Of a stretch of DNA of 64,000 nucleotides, positions 38,017-47,228 are shown piece after piece; the first letter of the stretch is position 1; every line of letters begins with the position of its first letter. Source of the DNA: Chitinophagales bacterium. GTDB taxonomy: Bacteria; Bacillota; Syntrophomonadia; Syntrophomonadales; DTU052. Location of the stretch: NCBI GenBank assembly GCA_050259035.1, contig JBLMZW010000141.1, forward strand, positions 270-64,269. Reading direction: 5' to 3'. Position numbers and translations under genes: made by a program. The notes beneath the pieces were generated by a model that saw only the letters and a program-made list of their open reading frames with translations, ran no database searches and was not told the DNA's origin.

Positions 38017-40308
38017 TTGCAGGTAAGTAAGAGATATTTAAGCATGTTACTAATTGCCCTATTGATGATGACCAGCCTGACCGGATGCGCCGGAACTGGG
38101 AAAAAGGCGAAAACAACCGATGAAACGAATAAACAGACCAACGTTTACTACCAGGAGAACAAAATAAGTCTTCCAGATTTTGAAATGGTCTATAACGCAG
38201 AACTTGATAAGAACGGCCAACTGGTGGTTTATGATAGCGGTCAGAATCCCAAGTACGTCTTCCTTAACAGTAAAGGCAAGCCGGTTCGAGAAATCAAGTG
38301 TCAGATGCAGAGCCCGGGAGTTCCTGATGGCAACGTATTCGCTTTAGACAATAATAATAACCTGTACCAACTGCAGCAAATCGATGTTTATGACCCCAGT
38401 GGCACTCAAATCAAGGAGTATATCAAACGTTTGCAGGTATATGACCCAGCAGGGAAGCCGGCAGGGACAACCCTGGAGTTGGGAAAGGTATCCGGAACCT
38501 TGAACAGCATGAATTTACATGCTTCTAGTATGGCAGCGGATGATAAAGGCCGATTGTACATTCTCTATTATCGAGGCGATATCGAAATATTGAATTCTAA
38601 AACCGGCAAGGTTATTAAAACCATTACCGGGACCAAGTATCGGTTCATAGATATTGACAAGCAGGGCAATATACTGGCTATTGCGCGGTCGGAAGACGGA
38701 AACTGCTTAATCAAATTAGATAAGAACGGTAAAACCATTTGGAGGCGCAACTTAAAAATCAAAACGGCTGTTATGGGGTTTAAATACAACCGCTACGATG
38801 GATCCAGCTATATTACCGATTATTCCGGAGTCAAGAAATATGACGGTGAGGGTAAATATGTTGGAGAAATCCTGAATTTTCGGGAGACCAGTATTATTCC
38901 ATCGGAATCTTATATGACCAGTCTTAATGTTGATGCAACGAACAACATTTACGCTACCATAATGTACAATGGAGGGTCATCAGATAAACCCTTCGGTATA
39001 TTCAAGTACACACCGCAGAAAGGTGCTAAACATCGAACCGGGCCTGTGAAAACCATTACTGTGGGAACCGCGGATTCTGACGATTTTCTGGAAACTGCGG
39101 CTAGAAAGTATGAAAAAGACCACCCTGGGATGAAGGTTGAAATCAAGGATTACTCCGGAGGCAAAACCAGGGGTTCTGATGAAGAACGTTATCAGAATTA
39201 TGTAAAAACCTTAAACACCGAGATCCTGACCGGGAAAGGACCGGACATTATCTCGGTTCAGGGACTTCCCTATAACAAATACATAGATAAGAAGGTTTTT
39301 ATAGATTTAAATAGTTTTATAAAGAAGGATAAAAGCTTCCATCGCCAGGAGTATTATACCAACATCATTAAGGCTTGCGAAACTAAAGGTAAGTTGTACT
39401 CCATGCCAGTATGTTTTTGCCTTCCGGTTATTATGGCAGATGAGGACCTGCTGAAGAAATCAGGGGTGACCATAGACGAAGAAAACTGGACCTGGTCTGA
39501 TTTTTATAGAGTCTCCAAACAATTGACCAAAGACCCTAACAACGATGGTAATACCGACATTTATGCTTTGCCCAAAACTGATGCCCAGAGACTCTTTAAG
39601 AATATGTTAGCCAGTGATTATCGGCGATTTATTAATGAAGACAAAAAGCAGGCCAGTATCAATTCCAAACAGTTTGTTCAGCTATTAAATCAGTATAAAG
39701 AAATAAACGATAAAATGATGAATCCCCGAATTGATGACGAGAATCTCTTATTCTCCGGGAGCCGAGGAACCATTGCTTTTAAACCCCAGGAATACTATGG
39801 TGGTGATCTTACTGTTGCGAAAGCCGAGTTGGGTCAGAACACTGAAGCATTGGCCATGCCACAAGGTGAATCCACAGGAGACAATTGCTTCGAAGCGTTT
39901 AGATTAGCCATTAACAGTAATTCAAAGGCTAAGAATGAAGCCTGGGAGTTTCTTAAGTACATTACCGCCGCCAAGCAACAAAAATCACTTCAATTGCCGG
40001 GTTTATGTATCAACAAGGAGGCTCAGAACCTGGCCTTTGAAGAGCAAGCCAAGAACAATTCAGGTTCAACGAGCATCAGTATCGGTAGCGATAAAGGAAT
40101 GAAGATAATGAATGTTGAACCTTTGACCCCGGAACGAATCAGGCAAACTAAGCATCTAATAGCACGGTTAAATCGATGCAACAATAATAACCCGCAAATT
40201 GAGAAAATGATGAAAACCGAAATATCAGCCTTTTTAAAGGGAGAGAAGTCCTCTAAAGAAATCGCAAAGATTCTGCAGAACAAGATAAACATCTATTTAA
40301 ACGAATAG
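38017..40308 (+). CDS. Large lipoprotein: beta-propeller-like N-domain fused to ABC solute-binding domain (family 1)
   Basis: Lipobox LTGC; repeated D..G.LY beta-strand blades; GKGPDII, GKLYSMP, WTWSDF, AWEFLKY. Confidence 0.8.
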   Translation: MQVSKRYLSMLLIALLMMTSLTGCAGTGKKAKTTDETNKQTNVYYQENKISLPDFEMVYNAELDKNGQLVVYDSGQNPKYVFLNSKGKPVREIKCQMQSPGVPDGNVFALDNNNNLYQLQQIDVYDPSGTQIKEYIKRLQVYDPAGKPAGTTLELGKVSGTLNSMNLHASSMAADDKGRLYILYYRGDIEILNSKTGKVIKTITGTKYRFIDIDKQGNILAIARSEDGNCLIKLDKNGKTIWRRNLKIKTAVMGFKYNRYDGSSYITDYSGVKKYDGEGKYVGEILNFRETSIIPSESYMTSLNVDATNNIYATIMYNGGSSDKPFGIFKYTPQKGAKHRTGPVKTITVGTADSDDFLETAARKYEKDHPGMKVEIKDYSGGKTRGSDEERYQNYVKTLNTEILTGKGPDIISVQGLPYNKYIDKKVFIDLNSFIKKDKSFHRQEYYTNIIKACETKGKLYSMPVCFCLPVIMADEDLLKKSGVTIDEENWTWSDFYRVSKQLTKDPNNDGNTDIYALPKTDAQRLFKNMLASDYRRFINEDKKQASINSKQFVQLLNQYKEINDKMMNPRIDDENLLFSGSRGTIAFKPQEYYGGDLTVAKAELGQNTEALAMPQGESTGDNCFEAFRLAINSNSKAKNEAWEFLKYITAAKQQKSLQLPGLCINKEAQNLAFEEQAKNNSGSTSISIGSDKGMKIMNVEPLTPERIRQTKHLIARLNRCNNNNPQIEKMMKTEISAFLKGEKSSKEIAKILQNKINIYLNE

Positions 40309-40315
40309 CACTGAG

Positions 40316-40346
40316 CGAACAGGGGGGAACCCTCCTCCCTGTTCGT
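40316..40346 (+). other. Intra-operon stem-loop between SBP and ATPase genes
   Basis: GCGAACAGGGGGG...CCTCCCTGTTCGT with no U-tract; likely an mRNA stabiliser or partial terminator. Confidence 0.55.
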
Positions 40347-40364
40347 TGGAAGGGAAGATGGGCA

Positions 40365-41465
40365 ATGGCCGGAATATGCCTTACTGGTATGAACAAGGTT
40401 TATCCCAATGGGTTTCATGCAGTTAAGGATGTAGATCTTGACATTGGTGACCATGAATTTGTCGTACTATTAGGGCCTTCAGGGTGTGGCAAAACAACTA
40501 TCCTAAGAATGATTGCCGGTCTCGAGAGGATAACTTCGGGGCAGCTCTTTATTGGGGAAAAACTGATGAACCTGGTTGAAGCTAAAGACCGGGATGTAGC
40601 TATGGTCTTTCAAAATTTCGCCCTTTATCCTCATATGACTGTATTTGAAAACCTGGCATTTGCCCTAAAGATTCGTAAAATGACCAAATCGGCAATTACT
40701 GATAAAGTGCATAACGTAGCCAAAACGCTGGATATGGAACAACTCTTGCCGATGAAACCCAGGCAGCTTTCGGGAGGGCAAATGCAAAGGGTGGCCCTGG
40801 GGCGCGCCATGGTTCGAGAACCTAGTGTGTTCCTTATGGATGAACCACTCTCCAACCTGGATATGCAGCTTAGAGTACATATGCGGGCAGAATTGACAAA
40901 ACTGCATGAGAGACTTCAGACTACCTTTGTTTATGTTACTCATGACCAGATGGAAGCGATGACGATGGGCAGTTTAATAGTGGTTATGAATGAAGGTGTA
41001 ATCCAGCAAATAGGCACTCCGATGGAGGTCTATGAAAGACCAAAGAATATGTTCGTAGCCGGGTTTATCGGCAGCCCTTCCATAAACTTTATAGAAGGAA
41101 AGTTAAATATCGATCAACATAACTTATATATTGATTTCGTGAATCATCGGCTCAACATACCGAAGAACAGACTTGGCAATAAACTCTATGAGTACGTCGG
41201 GAATTCAGTCATATTAGGCATCAGACCGGAAGATATATCTTGTTTTATCAGTCCTGAAGACTTAGAGGATAATTACTTCAACGCTGAAGTAGAGAGGATT
41301 GAGCCAATAGGGCATGAATCCTACTTGCATTTTACCCTGGATCACTTCCCTATGGTAGCAAGGATTGATAGAAGTATGGCTTTAGGCCCTGGGGGTACCA
41401 TCCGGGTTGGTCTTGATATGTCACGATTACACATTTTTGACCCGAATAGTCAAGAAGCACTTTAA
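40365..41465 (+). CDS. MalK/MsmX/UgpC-type ABC ATPase with TOBE domains
   Basis: GPSGCGKTT, LSGGQ, MDEPLSNLD, YVTHDQ, FVAGFIGSP, LGIRPED. Confidence 0.92.
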   Translation: MAGICLTGMNKVYPNGFHAVKDVDLDIGDHEFVVLLGPSGCGKTTILRMIAGLERITSGQLFIGEKLMNLVEAKDRDVAMVFQNFALYPHMTVFENLAFALKIRKMTKSAITDKVHNVAKTLDMEQLLPMKPRQLSGGQMQRVALGRAMVREPSVFLMDEPLSNLDMQLRVHMRAELTKLHERLQTTFVYVTHDQMEAMTMGSLIVVMNEGVIQQIGTPMEVYERPKNMFVAGFIGSPSINFIEGKLNIDQHNLYIDFVNHRLNIPKNRLGNKLYEYVGNSVILGIRPEDISCFISPEDLEDNYFNAEVERIEPIGHESYLHFTLDHFPMVARIDRSMALGPGGTIRVGLDMSRLHIFDPNSQEAL

Positions 41466-41527
41466 GTATAGACGGCCAGTTTTTTTACTTTTTACTAATG
41501 AAATAAAATTAAAACACCTGAATAAAT

Positions 41528-41576
41528 AGGAAGATAGCTATGATAACCAAGTTTCAAGCTATCTTCTTCTTCTTTC
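41528..41576 (+). terminator. Terminator after the ABC operon
   Basis: GAAGATAGCT...AGCTATCTTC hairpin followed by a T-rich run. Confidence 0.55.
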
Positions 41577-41673
41577 GTCCCCAAACCTCATTCTATCTTA
41601 CCTTTTATTCGTTAATGTTCTTTGTCTTAATCCTATCATGCCAAACAAAATACTGTCCCCGGGTAAAAAAGAA

Positions 41674-41747
41674 TTGACTAAACCACACTATAAGTTTATA
41701 CTGGGGTCAAATAATATAATACAATATAAAAATGTACCAAAGTAAAA
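41674..41747 (+). promoter_or_regulatory. SigA promoter with two TetR-type operators
   Basis: TTGACT-N17-TATACT; TTATACTGGGGTCAAA (41696-41711) and ATGTACCAAAGTAAAA (41732-41747) resemble TTATACTTAAGTCTAA at 44097. Confidence 0.6.
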
Positions 41748-41807
41748 CGAGGTGGTGGTAATTATTAGGCTTTAACAAAAACTAGGAAAATGGGGGGAGG
41801 CGACAAT

Positions 41808-43025
41808 ATGTTATTGAGACCACAGCCGGTTGATAAACTGCAGTATTCCAGGGTTTTGGAAATCGCGGATGAAATCTGGATGATTGAAGGATATGTATCC
41901 TATGACTTTTTTTCAGATAACCCATCTTCAAACGTCTTTATCATGCGAGACCGGGAAATGGTTTTACTCGTCGATTCAGGACTTTATCCCTACTACCGTG
42001 AAATCATCTTAAAAATATTAAACAAGTGTAAGAAGAATGGAGCCAAAGAACTGGTATTGGTATTAACCCAGGGCCATTTTGACCATGCAGGTAATAACGA
42101 TGTTATTTTGGAAGCGGGGTATGACAAGGTCCGTTTCATCTTCGCTGAAGAAGAAATGAAAACCGTCAATTTTGCACAGTATTTTTATGATGACATAGTG
42201 GCACAGGAAAAGTATTACGACCCTTATCTTATCTTCCCGCCAACAGAGATGCCGGGTGTGCTCTTTCATGCTCTTACCCCAGTTTCTAAAGACGCGGTTC
42301 GGACTATTATGAGACTCGTCGGTACAGCTATGGTGATGGGGGTTGAAACTTTAGCTGATCGGGCGGAATTACTTACGTCAAAAACAAAAGTAATTAAAAA
42401 GTTTGGAGAAATTGAACTTGCTGGCTGGGAAGTGGGCCGGTTTTTCTTAATTCATGATGGTGGGCATACCCCGGGACACATTTCAATATACGATCCACTT
42501 AATAAATTCTTGATGATGGCGGACACTTCGCAGGAAATTAATCCGCCTTTCCTGGATGCCAGCATGCAAAAACTTCTAAGCTCTGTCAAACAGTATAAAT
42601 CCTTAGCCGAACAGGGATTTATAGAAACGGTAACCGATTCCCACAGAAGTTCTCTATGGTTGTCGAAAGTAATAGAAAAAGTTGTTGAGAAAGTGGATGC
42701 GGAGCCGCTTAGCCGGCTGCAATTATTGGATTGTATTTATGGGCAGAAAGATGTACTTGGATTCCTGAATATCTGGGAGGAGTATTATCAAGCAATAATT
42801 AACGAGACTTTAGCGAGTCTTACGGTAATTGGTGAAGGAACAGCTTCTCAGGTTGCCGCTGAATTTAAGAAAACTACTAACCGGGCAGCAAAAATGAAAG
42901 CAGCATTGTCTTGGCCCAATCTGCCTAACCGTCTTGAAACCATGGTATGCATTGTGTTGAGAGAAGCCAACATCCCTTACCGCATTGAGAACGACCTGGT
43001 CGTTTTTAGAGCACCCGAAAAATAA
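41808..43025 (+). CDS. Metallo-beta-lactamase-fold hydrolase (variant QxHxDH)
   Basis: LLVDSG, TQGHFDH, GHTPGH, MAD, DSH; GGAGG RBS before ATG 41808. Confidence 0.8.
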   Translation: MLLRPQPVDKLQYSRVLEIADEIWMIEGYVSYDFFSDNPSSNVFIMRDREMVLLVDSGLYPYYREIILKILNKCKKNGAKELVLVLTQGHFDHAGNNDVILEAGYDKVRFIFAEEEMKTVNFAQYFYDDIVAQEKYYDPYLIFPPTEMPGVLFHALTPVSKDAVRTIMRLVGTAMVMGVETLADRAELLTSKTKVIKKFGEIELAGWEVGRFFLIHDGGHTPGHISIYDPLNKFLMMADTSQEINPPFLDASMQKLLSSVKQYKSLAEQGFIETVTDSHRSSLWLSKVIEKVVEKVDAEPLSRLQLLDCIYGQKDVLGFLNIWEEYYQAIINETLASLTVIGEGTASQVAAEFKKTTNRAAKMKAALSWPNLPNRLETMVCIVLREANIPYRIENDLVVFRAPEK

Positions 43026-43037
43026 GGAGGTAGAACT

Positions 43038-44000
43038 ATGAATGTTCGAGAAGAATTTGCGCATCTTTCACGCCAGGAACTGTTGGATCGGGTGTATGAA
43101 ATCGCAAGCAAACTGGAGATCGAATCGGGCAGCTGTTCCCAAAGTACGGTAGGAGCTATTCATCAGGTAGTTGGAATTGATGAAAACGTTGTGAAAGCGA
43201 GTACTTCTTTATGCGGAGGCATAGCTATGCAGGGGGCCGGAAACTGCGGCGCGGTTTTAGGCGGAATAATGGCTTTAGATTGTCTATTTGGCCGATCCTG
43301 TAATGATTTTCTGGCCAGCAAAACAAAACCTCTGGTTGCTGCGCAAAAACCGGCTAAAAAGTTTTTTGAGGCCTTTTATCAGAAATACCGTACCATTGAA
43401 TGTCGCGAAATAATGAGACAGTTCTTCGGACGTTCATTTTACTTTGAAGACATAGATGACAGCAGGAAAGCATTGAAGTTAGGAGCACATTCAGCCCAGG
43501 GCTGTGCCAGTGTAGTCGGTAATGCTGCTCGCTTTGTTTTGGAAACAATTTTAGATACAGAAGTAACGGATTCCTCGAATAAAAGAGATGATTTATTCCC
43601 CGGCACTCCTGGTCAGCCAGTACAGGACCCTTCGGTACTGATTTCAGCAGTCCGAAATGCAATTATTCAAGTCAAAATGGGTTCTGAAATGAACGGGATA
43701 TTTCAGTACATAATCGAAGATTATCCCGATTTCGCATTTTATATCGGATTTGACAGAGGAAAAGGCTATGTGTCGGAAGGAACCGCGGAAAAATCAAACG
43801 TTGTCATCGGTGTTACTTCAACCGATTTAATTCAAATGCTAACAGGCGCACTTAGCGCTACAGACGCTTTTGCGCAAGGAAAAATAGCTATTACCGGGGA
43901 TATTTCTTATGTCCTAAATCTTGAAAGTCTTTTTTCCAATGCTAAGAATGTCCCAGTTACGGAAGAACCGGAAAGCTTCGGGTGCTGCGGAGGTAGTTGA
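43038..44000 (+). CDS. C_GCAxxG_C_C putative redox protein fused to an SCP2 lipid-binding domain
   Basis: SCSQS, LCGG, NCGAVLGG, IECREI, GC motifs; C-terminal MLTGALSATDAFAQGKIAITGD (SCP2); GCCGGS tail. Confidence 0.75.
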   Translation: MNVREEFAHLSRQELLDRVYEIASKLEIESGSCSQSTVGAIHQVVGIDENVVKASTSLCGGIAMQGAGNCGAVLGGIMALDCLFGRSCNDFLASKTKPLVAAQKPAKKFFEAFYQKYRTIECREIMRQFFGRSFYFEDIDDSRKALKLGAHSAQGCASVVGNAARFVLETILDTEVTDSSNKRDDLFPGTPGQPVQDPSVLISAVRNAIIQVKMGSEMNGIFQYIIEDYPDFAFYIGFDRGKGYVSEGTAEKSNVVIGVTSTDLIQMLTGALSATDAFAQGKIAITGDISYVLNLESLFSNAKNVPVTEEPESFGCCGGS

Positions 44001-44096
44001 ACAGTTATTAGGGTGAGAATTGATGTTGAACCGGTAGTTCTGATCATTTAGACGATTGGAGTTATTGATGAATGTGATAGAATGACATCAAGATTC

Positions 44097-44112
44097 TTAT
44101 ACTTAAGTCTAA
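44097..44112. promoter_or_regulatory. Putative TetR operator (autoregulation)
   Basis: Near-palindrome TTATACT-TA-AGTCTAA upstream of the TetR gene. Confidence 0.55.
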
Positions 44113-44147
44113 TATGTGAGAATTTCTGAGATATGGAGTAGTTAATA

Positions 44148-44759
44148 ATGAAAACCAACTCGTCTAATAATCAAAAATCTTTGCGGGAACGAAAAAAGGA
44201 ATCCTGCCGACAGACTATATATGAGGCAGCGGTACAATTATTTCTCGATAAGGGATATGAACAAACCACAGTTGATGAAATTGCAGTCGAAGCCAATGTC
44301 AGCAAAGCCACTTTTTTTAACTATTTCTCTCGGAAAGAGGAAATTGTAAAGTACTACGCTGACGCTATGTTTAAAGCCATACAGGAGGGGTGGCAGGGGG
44401 TTCAATTGTCCGCCACCTCTTCCAGTATCGATAGGATTAAACATATGGTTCAGACGATTATTGATTTATATGAGTCCCGCAAAGAAGAGGTACACATTCT
44501 CTTATGGCGAAGGGTGAATATCTTAGGGCAGGACGAAAAGTTCCCCTTGGACAATCATAAAATCCTTATTGATACATTGAAAAACACTATATCCGAAGGA
44601 CAAAAGAGAGGGGAAATAAGATCTGATATCGATGCTGGAATACTGGCAGAAGACTTATTTATCATCATTCTTTACAACTTGGGAGTATGGTCGCAAGAGG
44701 GAACAACAAAGGATTTTATGGAACGCACTAGTAATACCCTTAAACTGTTGGAAAAATAG
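44148..44759 (+). CDS. TetR/AcrR family regulator
   Basis: LRERKK, GYEQTTVDEIAVEANVSKATFFNYFSRKE. Confidence 0.92.
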   Translation: MKTNSSNNQKSLRERKKESCRQTIYEAAVQLFLDKGYEQTTVDEIAVEANVSKATFFNYFSRKEEIVKYYADAMFKAIQEGWQGVQLSATSSSIDRIKHMVQTIIDLYESRKEEVHILLWRRVNILGQDEKFPLDNHKILIDTLKNTISEGQKRGEIRSDIDAGILAEDLFIIILYNLGVWSQEGTTKDFMERTSNTLKLLEK

Positions 44760-45075
44760 GTTTGCCCTGTTCTTCGCCAAAATAACCAATATTTAATCAA
44801 CCAGTTTGATTAACCACACCGGCTCACACATCCTATAGATCAACCCTAAATACACCATCCTATTAATAGGTCTTAAAGCATTAACGCTTCACGGTCCAAT
44901 ACTCAGGTTTACTGAAAAAATAGCATTAGCTGGGACCATCAGGTTACCTGGAAGCCTTACGATGGTATTTCGCTGATGAAATGACTGTATCGAGTCAACA
45001 ACAAATCGCTGTCTGATAGAAAGCCATTATAGGACGCTTTTATCGGAACGCAGTACATATTGGGGAGAGATTGTT

Positions 45076-46731
45076 ATGAAAAAAAAGATATTGATTATAG
45101 GTGGTGTAGCGGGAGGCGCAAGTGCAGCCGCCCGGCTGCGTAGATTGGATGAAAATGCTCAAATAATAATATTCGAACGTGGTGCAGAGGTTTCCTTTGC
45201 CAACTGTGGTCTACCCTATTATATTGGGGGAACCATAGATAAGCGGAATAAGCTCTTAGTACAGACTCCCAAATCCCTTTTGCAGCGATATAACATCGAC
45301 GTGAGAATATATAATGAAGTAATTCAGACTATACCCCACCTGAAAGAGGTGGAAGTAAAAAACCTTCTGACCCATGAAATCTACCGAGAAAGCTATGATT
45401 ACCTGATCTTATCTCCAGGCGCTAAACCCATTCTCCCGAACATTCCAGGAATCGATCTACCTAATGTTTTTAGTATCCGCAATGTACCGGATAGTGACCG
45501 CGTTAAAAACTTTATAGATGAACGGAAGCCCAATAAAGCATTAGTAATCGGTGGTGGATTCATCGGTCTGGAAATGGTAGAGACCCTGATAACAAAAGGT
45601 CTATCGGTTACCGTTGTTGAGAAGGGCGATCAAGTAATGCCGCCTCTTGATTACGAAATGGCAGCTGTGGTTATGCAGCATCTAAATGGGGTTGGAAACG
45701 TTTCAATAAAACTAAACGAACACATTACAGCCCTTGAGGGAGATGGGAAAGTTCAATTCGCCGTACTGTCAAACGGTGAACGGCTGGAAACCGATATGGT
45801 TGTAATAGGTATCGGTGTACTTCCTGAGACTGACCTGGCTAAAGAAGCGGGGTTAATGATTGGCTCTGCCGGGGGTATCCTGGTTAATGATTACTTATGT
45901 ACTTCTGACCCTTACATATATGCCGTGGGTGACGCAATACAGGTTCGGCACATGGTAACTGGCCAAGATAGTCTTTTACCCTTAGCCGGTCCAGCCAATA
46001 AACAGGGAAGAGTCGCTGCCGATAACATAGCCGGAAAAGGAATAAAATACAAAGGCTCTCAGGGTACATCCATTGTTCAAGTCCTGGGATTAGTAGCTGC
46101 CACAACCGGCGCCAATGAGAAATCCCTGAAAGCGAGTGGAATTGGTTATTTGAAATGTTATTTACATCCTTCATCTCATGCAACCTATTATCCGGGGGCA
46201 CACGGATTAGCCATTAAACTTTTATTTACCCCTGAAGGGAAAGTACTTGGCGCTCAGATTGTTGGAGGAGAAGGCGTGGATAAACGTATCGATGTCATAG
46301 CTACAGCCATACGGGGGGGGATGTCGGTTTATGATCTTCAGGAGTTAGAACTTAGTTACGCTCCTCCATTTTCCTCTGCTAAAGATCCGGTTAACATGGC
46401 AGGCTTTATAGCCGCGAATATCATAAACGGTGAAAACCCACCTGTCTATTGGAACCAATTCGCCGGAATAGACCCCGAAGAAGTGATTCTGCTTGATGTA
46501 CGTACCCCAAAGGAGACGGAGGCGGGCATGCTTGAAGGAGCTGTAAATATCCCGGTCGATGAATTGCGTCATCGGCTTCATGAAATTCCAAGGGATAAGG
46601 AAATATGGATCTACTGCCGGGTGGGACTCAGGGGATACATTGCAACCCGCATCCTGCAGCAAAATGGATTTACCCGGGTTAAAAACCTGAGTGGTGGGTA
46701 TTTGACCTACCATCCTACGGTAGCTAAATAG
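45076..46731 (+). CDS. CoA-disulfide/persulfide reductase with C-terminal rhodanese domain
   Basis: GGVAGGAS, SFANCGLPY, GGGFIGLE, YAPPFSSAKDPVN, rhodanese DVR..E and YCRVGLRG. Confidence 0.9.
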   Translation: MKKKILIIGGVAGGASAAARLRRLDENAQIIIFERGAEVSFANCGLPYYIGGTIDKRNKLLVQTPKSLLQRYNIDVRIYNEVIQTIPHLKEVEVKNLLTHEIYRESYDYLILSPGAKPILPNIPGIDLPNVFSIRNVPDSDRVKNFIDERKPNKALVIGGGFIGLEMVETLITKGLSVTVVEKGDQVMPPLDYEMAAVVMQHLNGVGNVSIKLNEHITALEGDGKVQFAVLSNGERLETDMVVIGIGVLPETDLAKEAGLMIGSAGGILVNDYLCTSDPYIYAVGDAIQVRHMVTGQDSLLPLAGPANKQGRVAADNIAGKGIKYKGSQGTSIVQVLGLVAATTGANEKSLKASGIGYLKCYLHPSSHATYYPGAHGLAIKLLFTPEGKVLGAQIVGGEGVDKRIDVIATAIRGGMSVYDLQELELSYAPPFSSAKDPVNMAGFIAANIINGENPPVYWNQFAGIDPEEVILLDVRTPKETEAGMLEGAVNIPVDELRHRLHEIPRDKEIWIYCRVGLRGYIATRILQQNGFTRVKNLSGGYLTYHPTVAK

Positions 46732-46843
46732 AAAGAATCGACCAGATTAAGGATCTATATAATACTGAACCTGATTGAAACGATGATGCATAATCAGGCA
46801 AGTCGGCAGTAATTATAAAATAGAATACCTAATAAATAAAAGT

Positions 46844-46868
46844 AAGGGGCTCGAAAGCCCCTATTTTC
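46844..46868. terminator. Probable bidirectional terminator between cdr-like gene and tRNA
   Basis: AGGGGCT-CGAA-AGCCCCT hairpin flanked by A- and T-rich runs. Confidence 0.7.
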
Positions 46869-46871
46869 CTA

Positions 46872-46957
46872 TGGTGCCGAAGGTGGGACTCGAACCCACA
46901 TGTCCTCAGGACACTCGATTTTGAGTCGAGCGCGTCTGCCAATTCCACCACTTCGGC
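46872..46957 (-). tRNA. tRNA-Leu (anticodon CAA)
   Basis: Reverse complement GCCGAAGTGGTGGAATTGGCAGACGCGCTCGACTCAAAATCGAG...GGGTTCGAGTCCCACCTTCGGCACCA: acceptor stem, CTCGA/TCGAG anticodon stem with CAA, long variable arm, TTCGA loop, encoded CCA. Confidence 0.96.
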
Positions 46958-47228
46958 TTATTATTATATTAATATAGGTTTTTATTGTAAGTTCTCTGCA
47001 AATCTAGCGTATCTAATTGTACAACATGATTTGGAAACGGTCAAGAAAGCGGGATTTGGGCTAGTTCTGGTTTGATGCAGCCCTATAAGGTCAAAAGGGA
47101 GGGATGCGCTTAATTTGGCGAATATATAATATAATCGCTTCTTATTAATGTTAAATAAAGGCAGGAAAAGGTAGTATCTATGGCGAAAAGTGATCATATT
47201 GAAAATTAAGGTATTTAAGGAGAGGGCT

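Noticed and set aside
44760-45075. 316-nt intergenic gap as a riboswitch or sRNA
   Set aside because: Only short scattered stems and no recognisable motif; cannot be supported by eye.
41466-46957. Genomic island integrated at the tRNA-Leu 3' end
   Set aside because: Accessory-looking genes lie downstream of the tRNA, but I found no integrase and no duplicate of the tRNA 3' end (TGGTGCCGAAGGTGGG) in the window, and a normal terminator follows the tRNA.
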